Part shown: piece after piece, positions 41,808 through 53,539 of the stretch | How the letters are laid out: each line of letters begins with the position of its first letter | Position numbering within the stretch: position 1 is the first letter of the stretch | NCBI GenBank assembly: GCA_000002445.1 | Contig: CP000066.1 | Location: 576,001 to 640,000, forward strand | Reading direction: 5' to 3' | Length of the DNA stretch: 64,000 nt | From: Trypanosoma brucei | Lineage: Eukaryota | Notes under the pieces: model-generated | The model's database searches: none | What the model saw: the letters and a program-made list of their open reading frames with translations, nothing else | Told to the model about the DNA's origin: nothing | Made by a program: the position numbers and the translations under genes

Positions 41808-42815
41808 ATGAAAGAAGTTAAAGGGGAAAATGAGTTTTTAAGCTGCAATGTGGAACTGTCAGAAGGTGTTGAAGATATTGCTGATGCCTTAAAACTTTGG
41901 GAGGATCAATTATATGCAGTAGAGCCACTTCTTGCAATATCGCTCAAGCTTCAACACCTCCAAGACACCACTCGCGGCATTGTTGCATCACTTGCCACTT
42001 CCAAAAAGAAATTACTGCAATCCACAAGATGCCACAAATATAAGCGTCAATATTTACTAAAAATGGAAGACACACCAAAGAAAGAAACAGCGTTATCGGA
42101 TTTTTCTTCACCCGATCCAATTGATGAATATGTGCGGCTGCATAAATGCAAGAGGGCGAGGGATGTAAATGTAAATGTAAATGCAAATGCAAATACGGAT
42201 GCGGGTGATGTTTCGTTGAGTGTTACCGCTGAGGAACATCAGACATGTGTGGAGGCGCTTCTTCGATGGGTTGATGAATCCATGCCATCGGTTGCGGAAC
42301 CTCATCTCACAGCCTCACGGAAGAAATTAGTCGCTCTCCTCACAAAAGGGGAATCACATGGAAAAGCAAAACCAACTAAAGAAACGCTCAGTAATGCTGA
42401 TGCATTTTGTAGTAAGCATTGGGCATATTATGCGGAGCAGCTGCATGCCGCACACAATGATGAATATGCGGCACTTAGGCGGGTGTGTGCTACGGATATC
42501 GGTGAGAGAATTCGCTCTCAAATGAAGTGGGAACAGTCACAAAGCAATTCAGTTCATGTCGTCACGCCTGCTGCTTCTGCTGGTGGTCTTCAGAGAAGTT
42601 TCACGCAGTTGTTAGGCGCAAAGGATGCATTGGCGGATTGTCAAAAAGCTGTTACGGTTTTATTATCGCTTCTGGGTGGCGCACTTGATGAATACGATGA
42701 ACAAACGCACAACGTCATCAAACGCGAAGAGGCATTTTGGAACAACGTACGAATTGCTGAATGTGAAAGTGAAGCGTTACGTTCCTTGTCTCTTCGTGTC
42801 AAAAAGCATTGTTGA
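41808..42815 (+). CDS. Hypothetical protein, about 335 aa, with an internal (VN)3(AN)2 hexanucleotide-encoded repeat
   Basis: The track start at 41682 is TTG inside the UTR; the first ATG is at 41808. I recognise no domain. Confidence 0.45.
   Translation: MKEVKGENEFLSCNVELSEGVEDIADALKLWEDQLYAVEPLLAISLKLQHLQDTTRGIVASLATSKKKLLQSTRCHKYKRQYLLKMEDTPKKETALSDFSSPDPIDEYVRLHKCKRARDVNVNVNANANTDAGDVSLSVTAEEHQTCVEALLRWVDESMPSVAEPHLTASRKKLVALLTKGESHGKAKPTKETLSNADAFCSKHWAYYAEQLHAAHNDEYAALRRVCATDIGERIRSQMKWEQSQSNSVHVVTPAASAGGLQRSFTQLLGAKDALADCQKAVTVLLSLLGGALDEYDEQTHNVIKREEAFWNNVRIAECESEALRSLSLRVKKHC
42165..42194 (+). repeat. Hexanucleotide tandem repeat (gtaaat)3(gcaaat)2 inside a CDS, encoding VNVNVNANAN
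   Basis: Seen directly as gtaaatgtaaatgtaaatgcaaatgcaaat. Confidence 0.85.
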
Positions 42816-43536
42816 CTGCATCGTCTGTCATAAGTGCTTTTTCCCCCTTGTTTTAAAAAAAAAAAAAACGAGCATTGTCTCTACCTTGTATTACGTATGA
42901 TGCCTTTTTTTCCACTTCGTTTTTGTTGGTGTTTACCTTTTTTTCTTCCGTTATTTTTACCATTTTCCCTGTATTTTCTCTCTGTCTCTGTATCTGTTGT
43001 TGCTGTTTTGTTTTCGTTTTCGTTTTTGTTCTTTGCTTGGCTCCTTTTCATGATTGTGAAGACGAGACCTCCGACACGAGGTATCGAAGGTTATGACGAT
43101 TGTGCTGTTTAATTCTATGAATCCACATTACGTTGGAATTAATAAAACGGAACTTTCGCCTGGCGGTGGAGGGCGATGTGGACGCGTTTCTGCATCCTCC
43201 CGGGGGGGATCATATATTTTCAGTGACAAAAATGTCGACCCCTTGAAGGTGCTAAAAACTTCCTTTTTTATTTTTCTCTCTATTTTTTTTCTATTTGTTA
43301 TTTTTGTTATTGTTATTGTTGTTGTTGTTTTAGTCCTATAATTGGCGCGTGTTTCGCCTCATTTCATCATTCACACCATATCCTTTGTTGTTTTCATCTT
43401 TTCCCCCACACGTACTTTACATTTCTTTCCTCTTTTTTTTTTTTATTTTATTATTTTTTTCACCCTCTGCATGTGTATGGTTTGCATTGCGTGTGGGAAA
43501 AAAAATAATAAAATAAACTAAAATAAACAACAAAAG

Positions 43537-45351
43537 ATGGGTAAAACTAACACAAAAAAGCAGGAGGCTCGTGTTGCCCGCCTGCGTAGCCTTCCAAAGT
43601 CGGAGAGGCTCGTAAAGATTGCACGAATTAAAAAGCGTGAGGGAAGGATTCTCGACTCAGCAGAGAAACATGCCTTAAAGATGTCTTCCGAGTATGGTGA
43701 AATCATACGGCTTTGGGAGGTTCTCCGCACATCTGAGGGACAATCTAAAGAAGAGGAAGAGAAGGAAAAACAAAAAAAGAAAGGAAAGAACAAAAAAGGG
43801 GAGGATTCCACCGATGATGTGAAGCAGCAGAAACTCAGTCGATACAAACACAAATACCCAACAGTTGACAAACTGCTAAAAAAGATTGAGCCAAAATTCG
43901 ACACATATGTGAGGACGCCTCGTACAAGTCGTGTCATTCAGTCCATGATAAAGTACGGCTCAACTGAGCAGCTTGGGAAAATTGTTGGACTAATTTCTAG
44001 TGGATATGCGAACTACGCAACTGATGCGTATGGTCATTTTGTCGTCGTCGCATTACTTCGTCATGCACCGCATGATTTGTTTGATAAAATCCTGTCACTC
44101 ACCATTCCCGCCGTCCCCACGCTGATTTCGCATCGCTTCGGCATTGAGGTGATCCACAGCGCGTATAGCAGTAACCTTTGTACGGCTACGAACCGAAACC
44201 TTCTAATTTTAGCCGTGTTCAAGGACAACATTGCGCTCATGAAGCGGTGGAAAGGTTATCCCATTTTGGAGGATGTGTTAGCGCAAGAGGTGGAGCAGCG
44301 CAAGAGACTTCTTCCTAAACTCTTTGAATTGTGTGAAAAACTTGTGTCGCAAAAAAGTGCTGTGGATTTCCCATTTGTCCAGCGCTTAGCCGCTGCCTTT
44401 ATTCGAAACGGAACAAAACATGAAGTATCTGAGCTGTGTGACACACTTCGACCACATTTGGCGGTGCTGTGCACAATTCGCGAGGGAGCACCTCTTGCAT
44501 CACTTGCCTTTTCACTTACGGAGCCTAAAAAGCGAAAGGTTATTTTACGCGCCTTCTCTGAAAACCTTGGTGTACTCGTGGTGAGCAAATACAGTGCTCC
44601 CGTCATTGCGCGTCTATTTGATATTGTGTATGATGTGCAACTTCTCTGCAAATATGTGGTGAATGATGTGGTCTCGCATATTACACAACTTATCAACAGT
44701 CCCTTTGGACATCAAATTTTGTTACACCTTTTAACACCACATGACGAACGCAAAACTAAATTCCTCCTTCCCAACTGGTTCCAACATAACCTTTACTCCG
44801 TGGAGAATACGCGGTGGAATTGCCACACATGGCTCACACATGAGTACAAGGAAGAGGAAGTTGAGCTGTGTAGCAAAGACGCTGAGCAAACGCATTTGGC
44901 TGTGTTGCCAACTTTAATTAAAAAGTTCTTGGAAGTTCTGAGCAACTCCGAAGTGGCTTCAAAACTTAATAAACATTACGTGGGTCTCATTGCAAGGGAG
45001 GTGCTGCATGTTCATGAAAAGGAGCCAGCTTACCGGAAGGCACTGAAGCTTTCAGCGAATGATGTTCAAGTGCTGGAACGCTTATCGCTTTCACGTGGAA
45101 AGAAGGAACCACGACATGAAGAAGGCGGAAATTCTGTGGGGAAAATCACATCAGAGGTACAAAACAAAACGAAAGGGCGGAGGTTGGAACGGCCGCAAAT
45201 GCAAAAACCCGCCGAGACTCCCCGAGTTGTTAAAAAGATGATGAAAAGTAGCGGTGTTGAGAGATCTCGCAAGGAAGGAACTAAAGTGGAAACTGTGAGC
45301 CATGCGGTGAGTACACTCAAGAAGAAAAAGAAGGTTCTCCCCAAGAAATAA
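43537..45351 (+). CDS. Pumilio/PUF-family RNA-binding protein (nucleolar Puf6/PUF-A-like)
   Basis: Repeated Pumilio helices (RVIQSMIKYGS, YGHFVVVALLRHAP, FGIEVIHSAY, FGHQILLHLLTP). The N- and C-terminal tails are basic and Lys-rich, typical of nucleolar PUFs. Confidence 0.65.
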   Translation: MGKTNTKKQEARVARLRSLPKSERLVKIARIKKREGRILDSAEKHALKMSSEYGEIIRLWEVLRTSEGQSKEEEEKEKQKKKGKNKKGEDSTDDVKQQKLSRYKHKYPTVDKLLKKIEPKFDTYVRTPRTSRVIQSMIKYGSTEQLGKIVGLISSGYANYATDAYGHFVVVALLRHAPHDLFDKILSLTIPAVPTLISHRFGIEVIHSAYSSNLCTATNRNLLILAVFKDNIALMKRWKGYPILEDVLAQEVEQRKRLLPKLFELCEKLVSQKSAVDFPFVQRLAAAFIRNGTKHEVSELCDTLRPHLAVLCTIREGAPLASLAFSLTEPKKRKVILRAFSENLGVLVVSKYSAPVIARLFDIVYDVQLLCKYVVNDVVSHITQLINSPFGHQILLHLLTPHDERKTKFLLPNWFQHNLYSVENTRWNCHTWLTHEYKEEEVELCSKDAEQTHLAVLPTLIKKFLEVLSNSEVASKLNKHYVGLIAREVLHVHEKEPAYRKALKLSANDVQVLERLSLSRGKKEPRHEEGGNSVGKITSEVQNKTKGRRLERPQMQKPAETPRVVKKMMKSSGVERSRKEGTKVETVSHAVSTLKKKKKVLPKK

Positions 45352-46434
45352 CGAACTGTTTTTTTTTCCTGCTTTGTTTACGCGGGCGAAGAATAAATGT
45401 CACAATGGTGTGAAATGGGGCGGGGGAGGGGAACAGAAGCCCTTCGTTCTTTCCCTTCCTTTTCAAGTTAGCAGTTGGATTACTTCAGAAGGCACAAAAC
45501 AAAAAAAAAAAGAAAAACACATAGCAGGGCAAAAAAAAAAATTTTAAAAAGGAGGAGGACGAGGAGGAGGGAGGAAAGAGGACAAAGTTACGCAGCACAA
45601 ATGCAACGTATGCGGTTCCGCTATTTAGAGGAGAGAAAAGTTAAATTGATGTTAGTGTTAGTGCGCCACGCGTCGTCATGCGCACCAAAACATAATTCTT
45701 CGTTTCAGGTGTATGCGTTCGAACTCACCATTACCTCCTCCCTTCCTCCCCCCGCCCCACGCAACCGACCCGAATGACTCTCTTAATTCGTTATTCGCAC
45801 CGTTAAAATCATTTTTTTTTTGTTTTCACAATGTGCAACGCATCCATTCCTTTTCACCCACCCACCCCCCCCCCCCATTCCCTATCACTTAACATAAGTT
45901 TCGAATAAAAATAATAATAATAATAATAACAAAATAAAATAAAAATAAAGTGAACGAAAAGTTGCGGTTTGATGTGTGTCCCAACCCATTCTCTTGAATG
46001 TGCAATATTTTCCCCTCCTCTCTTCTCGTATCTCTTCTTTTAATGTTTACTCCCGCATTGTTTGTTTATGTGTGTTTGATTGAGTGGGGGGGGGGGGGGC
46101 CCACAGTGAAGGAAACACGGAGGAAAAACCTTTAGAAACCAAACAAACAAATAAATAATAACACCAACATCAGGGGAAATAATACCGGAGCGAAGAAGTA
46201 CTGAATTCAAAGTGATATATAGAATAGAAAGAAAAATCAATCAAAAAAAAGGAGTATTAAACACGAATAGAAGGTACGCAACGAGTAGTCTCCTCATATC
46301 TGATTGCATACCCACACTCTGTTATTATCACTCCCTTCTATTTTATTTTTTATTTTGTTGTTGTTAGAAGAAAGAAAAAAAAACTGAGAAACGAAAAAAA
46401 AAAGGTTGTGGTGGTGGTACTGTTGAAGAAATAA

Positions 46435-46815
46435 ATGCCACCAAAGAAGAGCAGCAATGCCAAAGCCGGCAAATCCGAAGCTGTCAGCGAAGTGAGCAAA
46501 ATTAATATGGATTATGTGCAATATGAACTTCCATCACCTGATATGGCTGTTGTGGAAAAATATATTGAAACGGCCAAAGCAAAAGCTCGCGCCTCATCTG
46601 CGCAACGAAGGCGGGAAGGCCGAAAGAGTTGTTGGAGGGCGGCGTCACCAAACATGTCACTTTGCAAAAAAATTCGTGGAGTGTTTTGTCCAAATATCTT
46701 TCAAACTCTGAAAGGACCTGTGAGGGATTTTGTGTTGGGATTTGTCGTTACTTTCTTCGTCATGTATGTATTTTTTGTGGCGTTGTATTTCGAAAAGGCG
46801 CCTTCCAAGCGATAG
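46435..46815 (+). CDS. Small tail-anchored membrane protein, 126 aa (hypothetical)
   Basis: ATG ORF on the plus strand with a basic cytosolic N-terminus and a single C-terminal transmembrane helix (FVLGFVVTFFVMYVFFVALYF). Confidence 0.35.
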   Translation: MPPKKSSNAKAGKSEAVSEVSKINMDYVQYELPSPDMAVVEKYIETAKAKARASSAQRRREGRKSCWRAASPNMSLCKKIRGVFCPNIFQTLKGPVRDFVLGFVVTFFVMYVFFVALYFEKAPSKR

Positions 46816-47856
46816 GCGGTAAAATAGATCTCAAAAACAAAAGAAAGAAAGAAAAAAAGAGGGACTGAAGAAATGAAGATGAAGATGAGAGAAATGAGTG
46901 AAGAAGTTACGAGGGGAGGGAGAGAAAGAAAAAGAAAAAGGGAGGGAAGGAGGGAAAGAAATAATTTCAAAATAAAACAAAAAAAAAGGGAAGTGACCAC
47001 AAATAGACGGCAACGCAAACGTTTTACGGTGTCGTATAATTTGGTAACCATCTTTAATGAAAAGTGTCTTCATTAGGCGAGGGACACCGTTCGTTTTTTG
47101 TTTTCTTTATATATACATATATATATATATTTATTTATTTATTTATTTATATTTATATATCCTCTCTCTCTCTCTGTGTGTTCCTCTTCCTTTCCCTATC
47201 CCTTTCTCTCTAATTCGCTAAATCTTCATTTATCTTCTTTCCATCCCCTCCCTTTCCACATCCTTTGATTTGTTTTGGAGGATTTTCGCACATCTTGTCG
47301 AGTTTCTACCGATTATTGTGGTGGTGAATTCTCGAATGCATCAAATGGTACAAATATTTCTTTCTGTTGCTTTTGTGTTCTCCCCTCTTTTTTTCTTTTA
47401 GGCGTTGTTATTACCGCTACGGTTGGTATTTTTGTACTTTCTTCGCATTCTTTTGGCATGTGTTGTCTTTGTATTTATTTAAATCTTGTTCTTGTTGTCG
47501 TTTTGCCTTCATACTCTTACAGTTCTAAACAGAAACAAACAAAAAAAATACCTTTACATCACTTTCCTTTACTTCCCTTTTACTTCATTTCTTTCTTTCG
47601 GCTTTCCTCTACCCATCTGCTGTTTGATTTATTTATTTATTGGTGCTTATGCGTCACGTAAATGTGCACATGAATAAATAAATAAATGAATGAATTGTTC
47701 TTTGCTTTATTAGTTCAAGGGAGAAAAAATAAATAAATAATAAATAGTAGTAACAGCATCACCAACAGTAGCGGCATAACAAAGAAAATTTCAAAAAAAA
47801 AGAAATAGAGGTGTGAGTTTATTTGCATCATTTATAAATATTAATATCAAATATAA

Positions 47857-48054
47857 ATGCCTGAGACGCCACAGCGAAATGGATTCAAGCGTCCAAGTCT
47901 TGCAGCTAAATTATTCGGTGATGCGGATGTCGTTTATTCGAGAGAAACAACATCTCGACTAACGGATTTTGCGGGAACATTTTTAGTCGGATTTTTCGCG
48001 GTTTACTTCACAATTGCGGGATATTTACTTTATCGTGAGGCAGCGCTCTCGTAA
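47857..48054 (+). CDS. Possible micro-protein, 65 aa, single TM (hypothetical)
   Basis: ATG ORF with a C-terminal transmembrane helix (FLVGFFAVYFTIAGYLLY), isolated in a 2-kb low-complexity intergenic stretch. Confidence 0.25.
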   Translation: MPETPQRNGFKRPSLAAKLFGDADVVYSRETTSRLTDFAGTFLVGFFAVYFTIAGYLLYREAALS

Positions 48055-49139
48055 AAAATAAAAAATAATATAATAATAATAAATAAATAAATAAATAAAG
48101 GAGAAGAAGAGAAAAATAAAATAAAATAAAACGTGTCATGGCGATGTTGTTGGATATTATTATTATTACTATTTATTCCAACAATGAAGATGCACCCATA
48201 ACGATCAGTTGAAGGGAAGGAAAGTGTGAAAAATCAATCATTACACTACCTATTTAGACATAGGTTTGGAGGGGAGAGATCTTTTTTTAAAAAAAACAAA
48301 AAAAAAATCTCCCCGGGTCCCTTTTGTGTTCTTCCTTTTATACGTGCGGTGTGTTGCGCTGAGAACTCACTGAGAAGTGCGTGACTGCGTATTTAAAAAT
48401 AAAAATAAAAAAAACACCGTCACCTTCCCTCGGTATTTAGTTAATCATTATATTGCCATACCTGTTTTTATTTTATTTTATTTACTTACTCACTTTGATC
48501 ACAATGTAAGTTCTCGGGCCGGTGCCGTTTTTTTTTTGCAATTTTTGGTGTTATGATCTTCCATTCGTCCCTCTTTTTTATCTCCTTTTTTTTTCCTTTT
48601 TTTTTCCACTGCTTTCTCCGCCTACACACTTTTAAAAATGAAATAAAAATTGTGCAGCATTTTCGCGCAGAAAGTCAATGTGCTCCCTTTATAAAAGCTA
48701 AGAGAATGGGGGAGTGTTGCGTACGCTCATGCGTTTTTGTGAGGGTTAATGAGTTTTCATCCTTTCAAAACAAAAACACAAAAGGGAGAAAATAACAGGG
48801 ACAAAGGGGGGGAAAAAAGTAGCAATGTTTTGTTTATTGATAATCCGCTAATTTATCTTAACTGCGTTACGGAATATATGATATATATTTGTGTGTGTAC
48901 GCGTGCATGTGAAATATCCAACACTCATTGCGTCATTTTGAAATTTATACCTTCTTTCTTTTTTGTTTTCCTTAAAATAATTCCGCTCCGCTTGGTTATT
49001 GCTCTGAAAGCTCAAGCGGCGCAGCGGGGGGGCGACTTTCCGTTGTTGTTGCTGTTATTATTATTATTATTATTGCTATTGTTGTGTGTTGTTCTTTTTT
49101 TTTAAAAATAAATAAATAAATAAAAGGAAACAGCATTGT

Positions 49140-49898
49140 ATGCTCCGGTGTATACAATGTAATGCGGCGGTCTACCGAATTGTTCAGCCGGAAAACGAGG
49201 TGGTTGAGAAGTGTGGGACATGCGGTAGGCGGTGTGATAGGTATTATGAATTCTCTAACTGTCAAAAGTGGATAAGCATCACGTTGCTTGAGAAACCTGC
49301 ATGGATTCATGTGTTATTTAACAAAAAAGATATCCGCGCGACATTATTTTGCACAGCCCTCCTGTCACGACTTATTGAAGCGTACGTCGTGCGAACGAGT
49401 TTGGTGTATGGCGCCTTACGCATGCTTCGGTCTAAGGGACCGGTTTCTAACGTAAGTTCGGTTGCGACACTTCAGCTTTTCCGGAATGTGAATCCCAAAA
49501 TAGAACCGCTGATGGCGTATCAGGACACTTTGCCCAATATATTTATTTGTGCTTGTGGAGAATATTTGCTTTGCCTTTTGGTCACTGTTATATTTGCGCT
49601 TCATTCGTGGCGTCGTGGTGGCTCGGCTTTATGGGATGTTGTACTCACATGGATGACATGTGTTAATCTTGCCTATTCAGCGAAGTTGTGTTTCGTAGTG
49701 TTCCTTATTTGGCGCATTCCCATCGCATTAGTATCCCTGGTGGATCTTATCAGTCTCCTTTGGGCTGCTCGCGGTTTCAGTCTTGTGGAAAATAGATATC
49801 CACCATTATTTACATCTGTTGTTGTGCTGATTTGTACGGCAGCCACACGATATCTCTTCCGTAGTGTTACGCAGTGGAGTCCACAACTTCTGGTGTGA
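49140..49898 (+). CDS. ARV1: Arv1-like protein (ARV1 homology domain: zinc ribbon plus TMs)
   Basis: N-terminal CIQCNAAV...VEKCGTCGRRCDRYYEF (CxxC..CxxC zinc ribbon), then LLEKPAWIHVLFN, then several transmembrane helices. This matches the Arv1 layout. Confidence 0.6.
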   Translation: MLRCIQCNAAVYRIVQPENEVVEKCGTCGRRCDRYYEFSNCQKWISITLLEKPAWIHVLFNKKDIRATLFCTALLSRLIEAYVVRTSLVYGALRMLRSKGPVSNVSSVATLQLFRNVNPKIEPLMAYQDTLPNIFICACGEYLLCLLVTVIFALHSWRRGGSALWDVVLTWMTCVNLAYSAKLCFVVFLIWRIPIALVSLVDLISLLWAARGFSLVENRYPPLFTSVVVLICTAATRYLFRSVTQWSPQLLV

Positions 49899-50647
49899 TC
49901 GAAATGAATGTGAATGTCTCTTTTTCCCATTGTTCTCGCCCTTTTGTAATCATATTTATATATTTTTTCTTGTTTTTTTTTGTATTCTTCCGTCCTCGGT
50001 CCGGTCGGTTACCACTGTAAATGTAACCTACAACTTTCCTTTCCTTTCCTTTCTGCTTTGGTTTGGTTTGGTTTGGCTTGGTTGCACCGAAAGCACTTTT
50101 CTACTTCTCCATCGCCGCAATAATTGTTTTTTGTGGTGTTTCCCGTTCATTCGGTATCAGCATCAGATGGGAACTTTGTCGCTGCTTCTTTTCTTTGTTG
50201 TGTACCTTCCTCTTCTCCACTATTAATTGCGGTGCCCTCTGATTTATTTGCTTCGTCGTGTATATGCTGATGTATGTATATATATATATATAGAAATATA
50301 TAAATATACATGTGTGTATATGTATATATTGGCCCTTTTTGTTTCAATTTATTTCTTCGTCGTCTTTTCATGTTTCGTTATTGTGCAAGTAGAAACACCC
50401 ACAGGTGTCTGACACTTAGGCATAACAGTGTAAAAAGGTGGGGATTAGTTACGGGTGGAAGAAGAGGAGGAAGTTGAGGAAAAGATAGCAACGAAACAAA
50501 AGCTAAAGCTAAAGCAAAAAAAAAAAAGAAGAGAAAACGATAGAAGGGAGAGTAAAAAAACGGAAAAAAAACGGGAAAAAGTTAAGAGAACAATCATAGG
50601 GCAATAAAATAAGGCCAGATTTTCGCACAGGTGATAAACAGGAAACA

Positions 50648-53539
50648 ATGGATGCGAAACTTGTGTTCTGTGCGCACTCGCTCAAGTTACCAACGCTGAG
50701 CATTCCCCCAGCTCTGTCAGTAGATAATGAAACCATCAACTTCAGATGTCCGGAACCTCTTGCAGAAGCTGGTTTCCCCGTTCCAAACGCATCATTTACT
50801 GCTGACGTGATGATGGAGCAACCGCAATCCCGCTCCATTTACCAGCGGGTGTTCGCAACAGCTGCACGGGATTTCGAAGGGCGTAAAAATCTGGTAGTTT
50901 TCAGCTACGGCGTGCGTTCCACACCGAAACGGCAGCTTATGTTTGGTTCGGAATCGGGTAGCGGTTATGCTGCGAAGATCATTGGCGATGTTGTGGATGT
51001 TGGTGCCACCAAAGGCATCTTCGCCATCTCTGCGTATGGTGTTGGTTCCTCAGAGCATCTCACCGACTTCACTGATGAGAATAACGAAATGGGAGTAATT
51101 GTAGAATCGGTGAAGGAGGGCCCGCGTGTGCGTATGGTTGGGCGTGTTCGTGTAACGTCATCGGAGGATGTGCGTTCCGTTTTTAACACAGTTACGAAGA
51201 ACTATCAAAAACATTTCGAGTCAGTACTCCGCGAGAGGCAACCAACAGCTGAGCTTGAAGCCCTTCCGCCATATATGCCTGAGTCAATGATTCTTCAGCT
51301 CTACCGTTATGATGATGAGGAAGCATTCAGCGAGTATGTGGAAGCGAACTCCATGACGTTTGTTGCACTGGGAGACTCGGAACGGCCTGTTCTTTGTGGA
51401 ATTGAAGAAGAAACTCAGCAGGAGTATGAAAAGACACAGAAAGTCCTTGCGTCAGCAGTAGGAATTATCTCCAGTATTCGCTGTAATCGTCTGCGCATTC
51501 CATTCGGCAAGTCGAAATTAAGTCAGCTCCTTCGCCGTGCATACAATGCCGAGAAGGGCAACCCCAACAACGGCTACAATGAGCCAACATCAACCGTTTT
51601 TATTATTCATGCCTTTACAGACGCTGTTTGGGCAGAGGAGTCATACCACTGCCTTTTACTCTCGCGACGAGTTAGCAGCGTTGTTGGCACGAGCAGCATC
51701 GGTTCCATTACGCGCGACCTCAGTGTCGATAAGTGGCGTTTGGATCAAGATATTATGGAGTTGCGTGATGAGCTTCAAATTGCGCGCACAGTGTATGACT
51801 ACAGGCCCTGTATATATGACCAACCGAAGCCAGTTCAGAATATCAGAGAGGAGGAACAGAAACGCATTAGCGCCATTGTTTCAAAACGGGAGGAAGCCCG
51901 TGAAAGGCAGCTGAGTTTGGTCCGCGAGCAAGCCAAGCAGGATGCTGATAAAATCATTAAGGATCTCGAAGCTCGGACGGGGACGACGCTCTCGGCGCTG
52001 GAGGCCTCCCTCGAGGCGAAAATGAAGGAAAACTCGGCGCTTCATGCGGACAGGGAAAAACGAATTCATGAATATGAGCAAACCTTAGAAAAGATTCGCA
52101 AAAAGAAGCAGGAGGAGGAATCCGCGTGCGAGAAGCTACGTGAAGAGATGCTCCAGCTTGAACAGGAACTTAGTGTTCGGCAAAACGCAATTGAGAGCAA
52201 GCAGAAGAATTTGGAAATGATAAAGCTGGATAAGTCAAAGGGCCGTGACGCGGTTATGCGTGAGCGACAGTCCATACAAGCGATGCGCAAAACGGTGCTA
52301 GAGGAGAGGCGGCGTCAGCGCAAACAGTGGATTAACCAAATAAAAGAAATCAACGCTAAGGTTATTGATCAGGTCCGGATGCTGGCCGAGGAACGGAAGA
52401 AAAACGGTGAGCAGCCCACAGCAAATGAAGAGGCTGCTGAAAAGGCAATCATCGCGGATGTGCGAACTATCGAGGAATACTTGCCAAAACTCATTTCACT
52501 TGAGGACGTTCCCGTGAATTTGGAGGAGACGGAAGCCATTCGCCGACAATTTGCGGATGTGTTTGCGGAAGAGAAAAAGACATATCTTGCGCGGATCGAA
52601 GAGGAGAAGGCGCGGAGAGAAAAGCTGGAGCGTGGCCTCGAAGTATATCGTCAGCGCCTACTCGACACATATCAAGCTAAGAAAAAGGAGAAGGTGCATG
52701 ACGCCATAACAAAAGAGCAACACCTCAGCTCATTGGTGGATCAAGTCATTACGTACTTGCGCAACGGTGTCCGAATGAGCAAAATTTCAAGCAAAGGAAA
52801 TATTCGCCGGCGGTTCTACTTCCTCTCCGAAGATTACAAACGCATTCACTCCTGTGAGATTGATAACCAAGGCGCGCCAATCAGCCGGAAGAAACCACCC
52901 GTCACCATATGGCTGAAAGATATAAAGAAAGTGGTTATTGGCGTATACACATCTTCATTTACAAACTTTAGCAGTGAGGCTCAGTTGGCGAAGACGCGTC
53001 AGGAGGCCGTTTCTGACAGCGGAACTTACCGTCAAGACCCAACGCAAAACATCACCTCAGCCAACCTTGGTTTGCATAATTACAGATCCTTTGCACTTCT
53101 GCTTCGTGGAGGTAAATCTCTGGAAGTTGTTTGCGAAACGGACAGCGACTGCGAGGCTTGGCTTGTTGCGCTCAAGCGACTCCTTCAAATAAAATCTCCT
53201 ATTGAGCGAATTCTTGAGGAAAGGATGAACGGCAATACGACGAAAGAATCACCAAGTAACACACATGAAGGTGCTGTTGATATAAAATGGGGTGGTTCAC
53301 TTGATATACACAACATGCGCGGGTTTGTTTCCCTGTCGTCTGAAGAAGCCACGCTGTGTAGTGAAAACCACATCCCGCCCGCTTTGTTCCTTCGGATGAA
53401 GCAAGAAATGGCAGAAAAGGCGGAAAGGAATACCATCACGATTTATGATGTCCGTGTTTCTTCCGGTCTTGACTTATTCCGCTCAGGGAAGCTTTATGAT
53501 TTCTTATGCGAAAAGAGAGTCATACCGCTCCCGTACTGA
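50648..53539 (+). CDS. Large coiled-coil protein with a C-terminal PH-like domain, 963 aa (hypothetical)
   Basis: ATG verified. A long central charged coiled coil (residues about 380-640) is followed by YLRNGVRMSKISSKGNIRRRFYFLSEDYKRIHSCE...CEAWLVALKRLL, which has PH-domain topology. Confidence 0.5.
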   Translation: MDAKLVFCAHSLKLPTLSIPPALSVDNETINFRCPEPLAEAGFPVPNASFTADVMMEQPQSRSIYQRVFATAARDFEGRKNLVVFSYGVRSTPKRQLMFGSESGSGYAAKIIGDVVDVGATKGIFAISAYGVGSSEHLTDFTDENNEMGVIVESVKEGPRVRMVGRVRVTSSEDVRSVFNTVTKNYQKHFESVLRERQPTAELEALPPYMPESMILQLYRYDDEEAFSEYVEANSMTFVALGDSERPVLCGIEEETQQEYEKTQKVLASAVGIISSIRCNRLRIPFGKSKLSQLLRRAYNAEKGNPNNGYNEPTSTVFIIHAFTDAVWAEESYHCLLLSRRVSSVVGTSSIGSITRDLSVDKWRLDQDIMELRDELQIARTVYDYRPCIYDQPKPVQNIREEEQKRISAIVSKREEARERQLSLVREQAKQDADKIIKDLEARTGTTLSALEASLEAKMKENSALHADREKRIHEYEQTLEKIRKKKQEEESACEKLREEMLQLEQELSVRQNAIESKQKNLEMIKLDKSKGRDAVMRERQSIQAMRKTVLEERRRQRKQWINQIKEINAKVIDQVRMLAEERKKNGEQPTANEEAAEKAIIADVRTIEEYLPKLISLEDVPVNLEETEAIRRQFADVFAEEKKTYLARIEEEKARREKLERGLEVYRQRLLDTYQAKKKEKVHDAITKEQHLSSLVDQVITYLRNGVRMSKISSKGNIRRRFYFLSEDYKRIHSCEIDNQGAPISRKKPPVTIWLKDIKKVVIGVYTSSFTNFSSEAQLAKTRQEAVSDSGTYRQDPTQNITSANLGLHNYRSFALLLRGGKSLEVVCETDSDCEAWLVALKRLLQIKSPIERILEERMNGNTTKESPSNTHEGAVDIKWGGSLDIHNMRGFVSLSSEEATLCSENHIPPALFLRMKQEMAEKAERNTITIYDVRVSSGLDLFRSGKLYDFLCEKRVIPLPY

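Noticed and set aside
43518-43937. 139-aa minus-strand ORF overlapping the start of the PUF gene
   Set aside because: It is an antisense shadow of a Lys/Glu-rich coding region.
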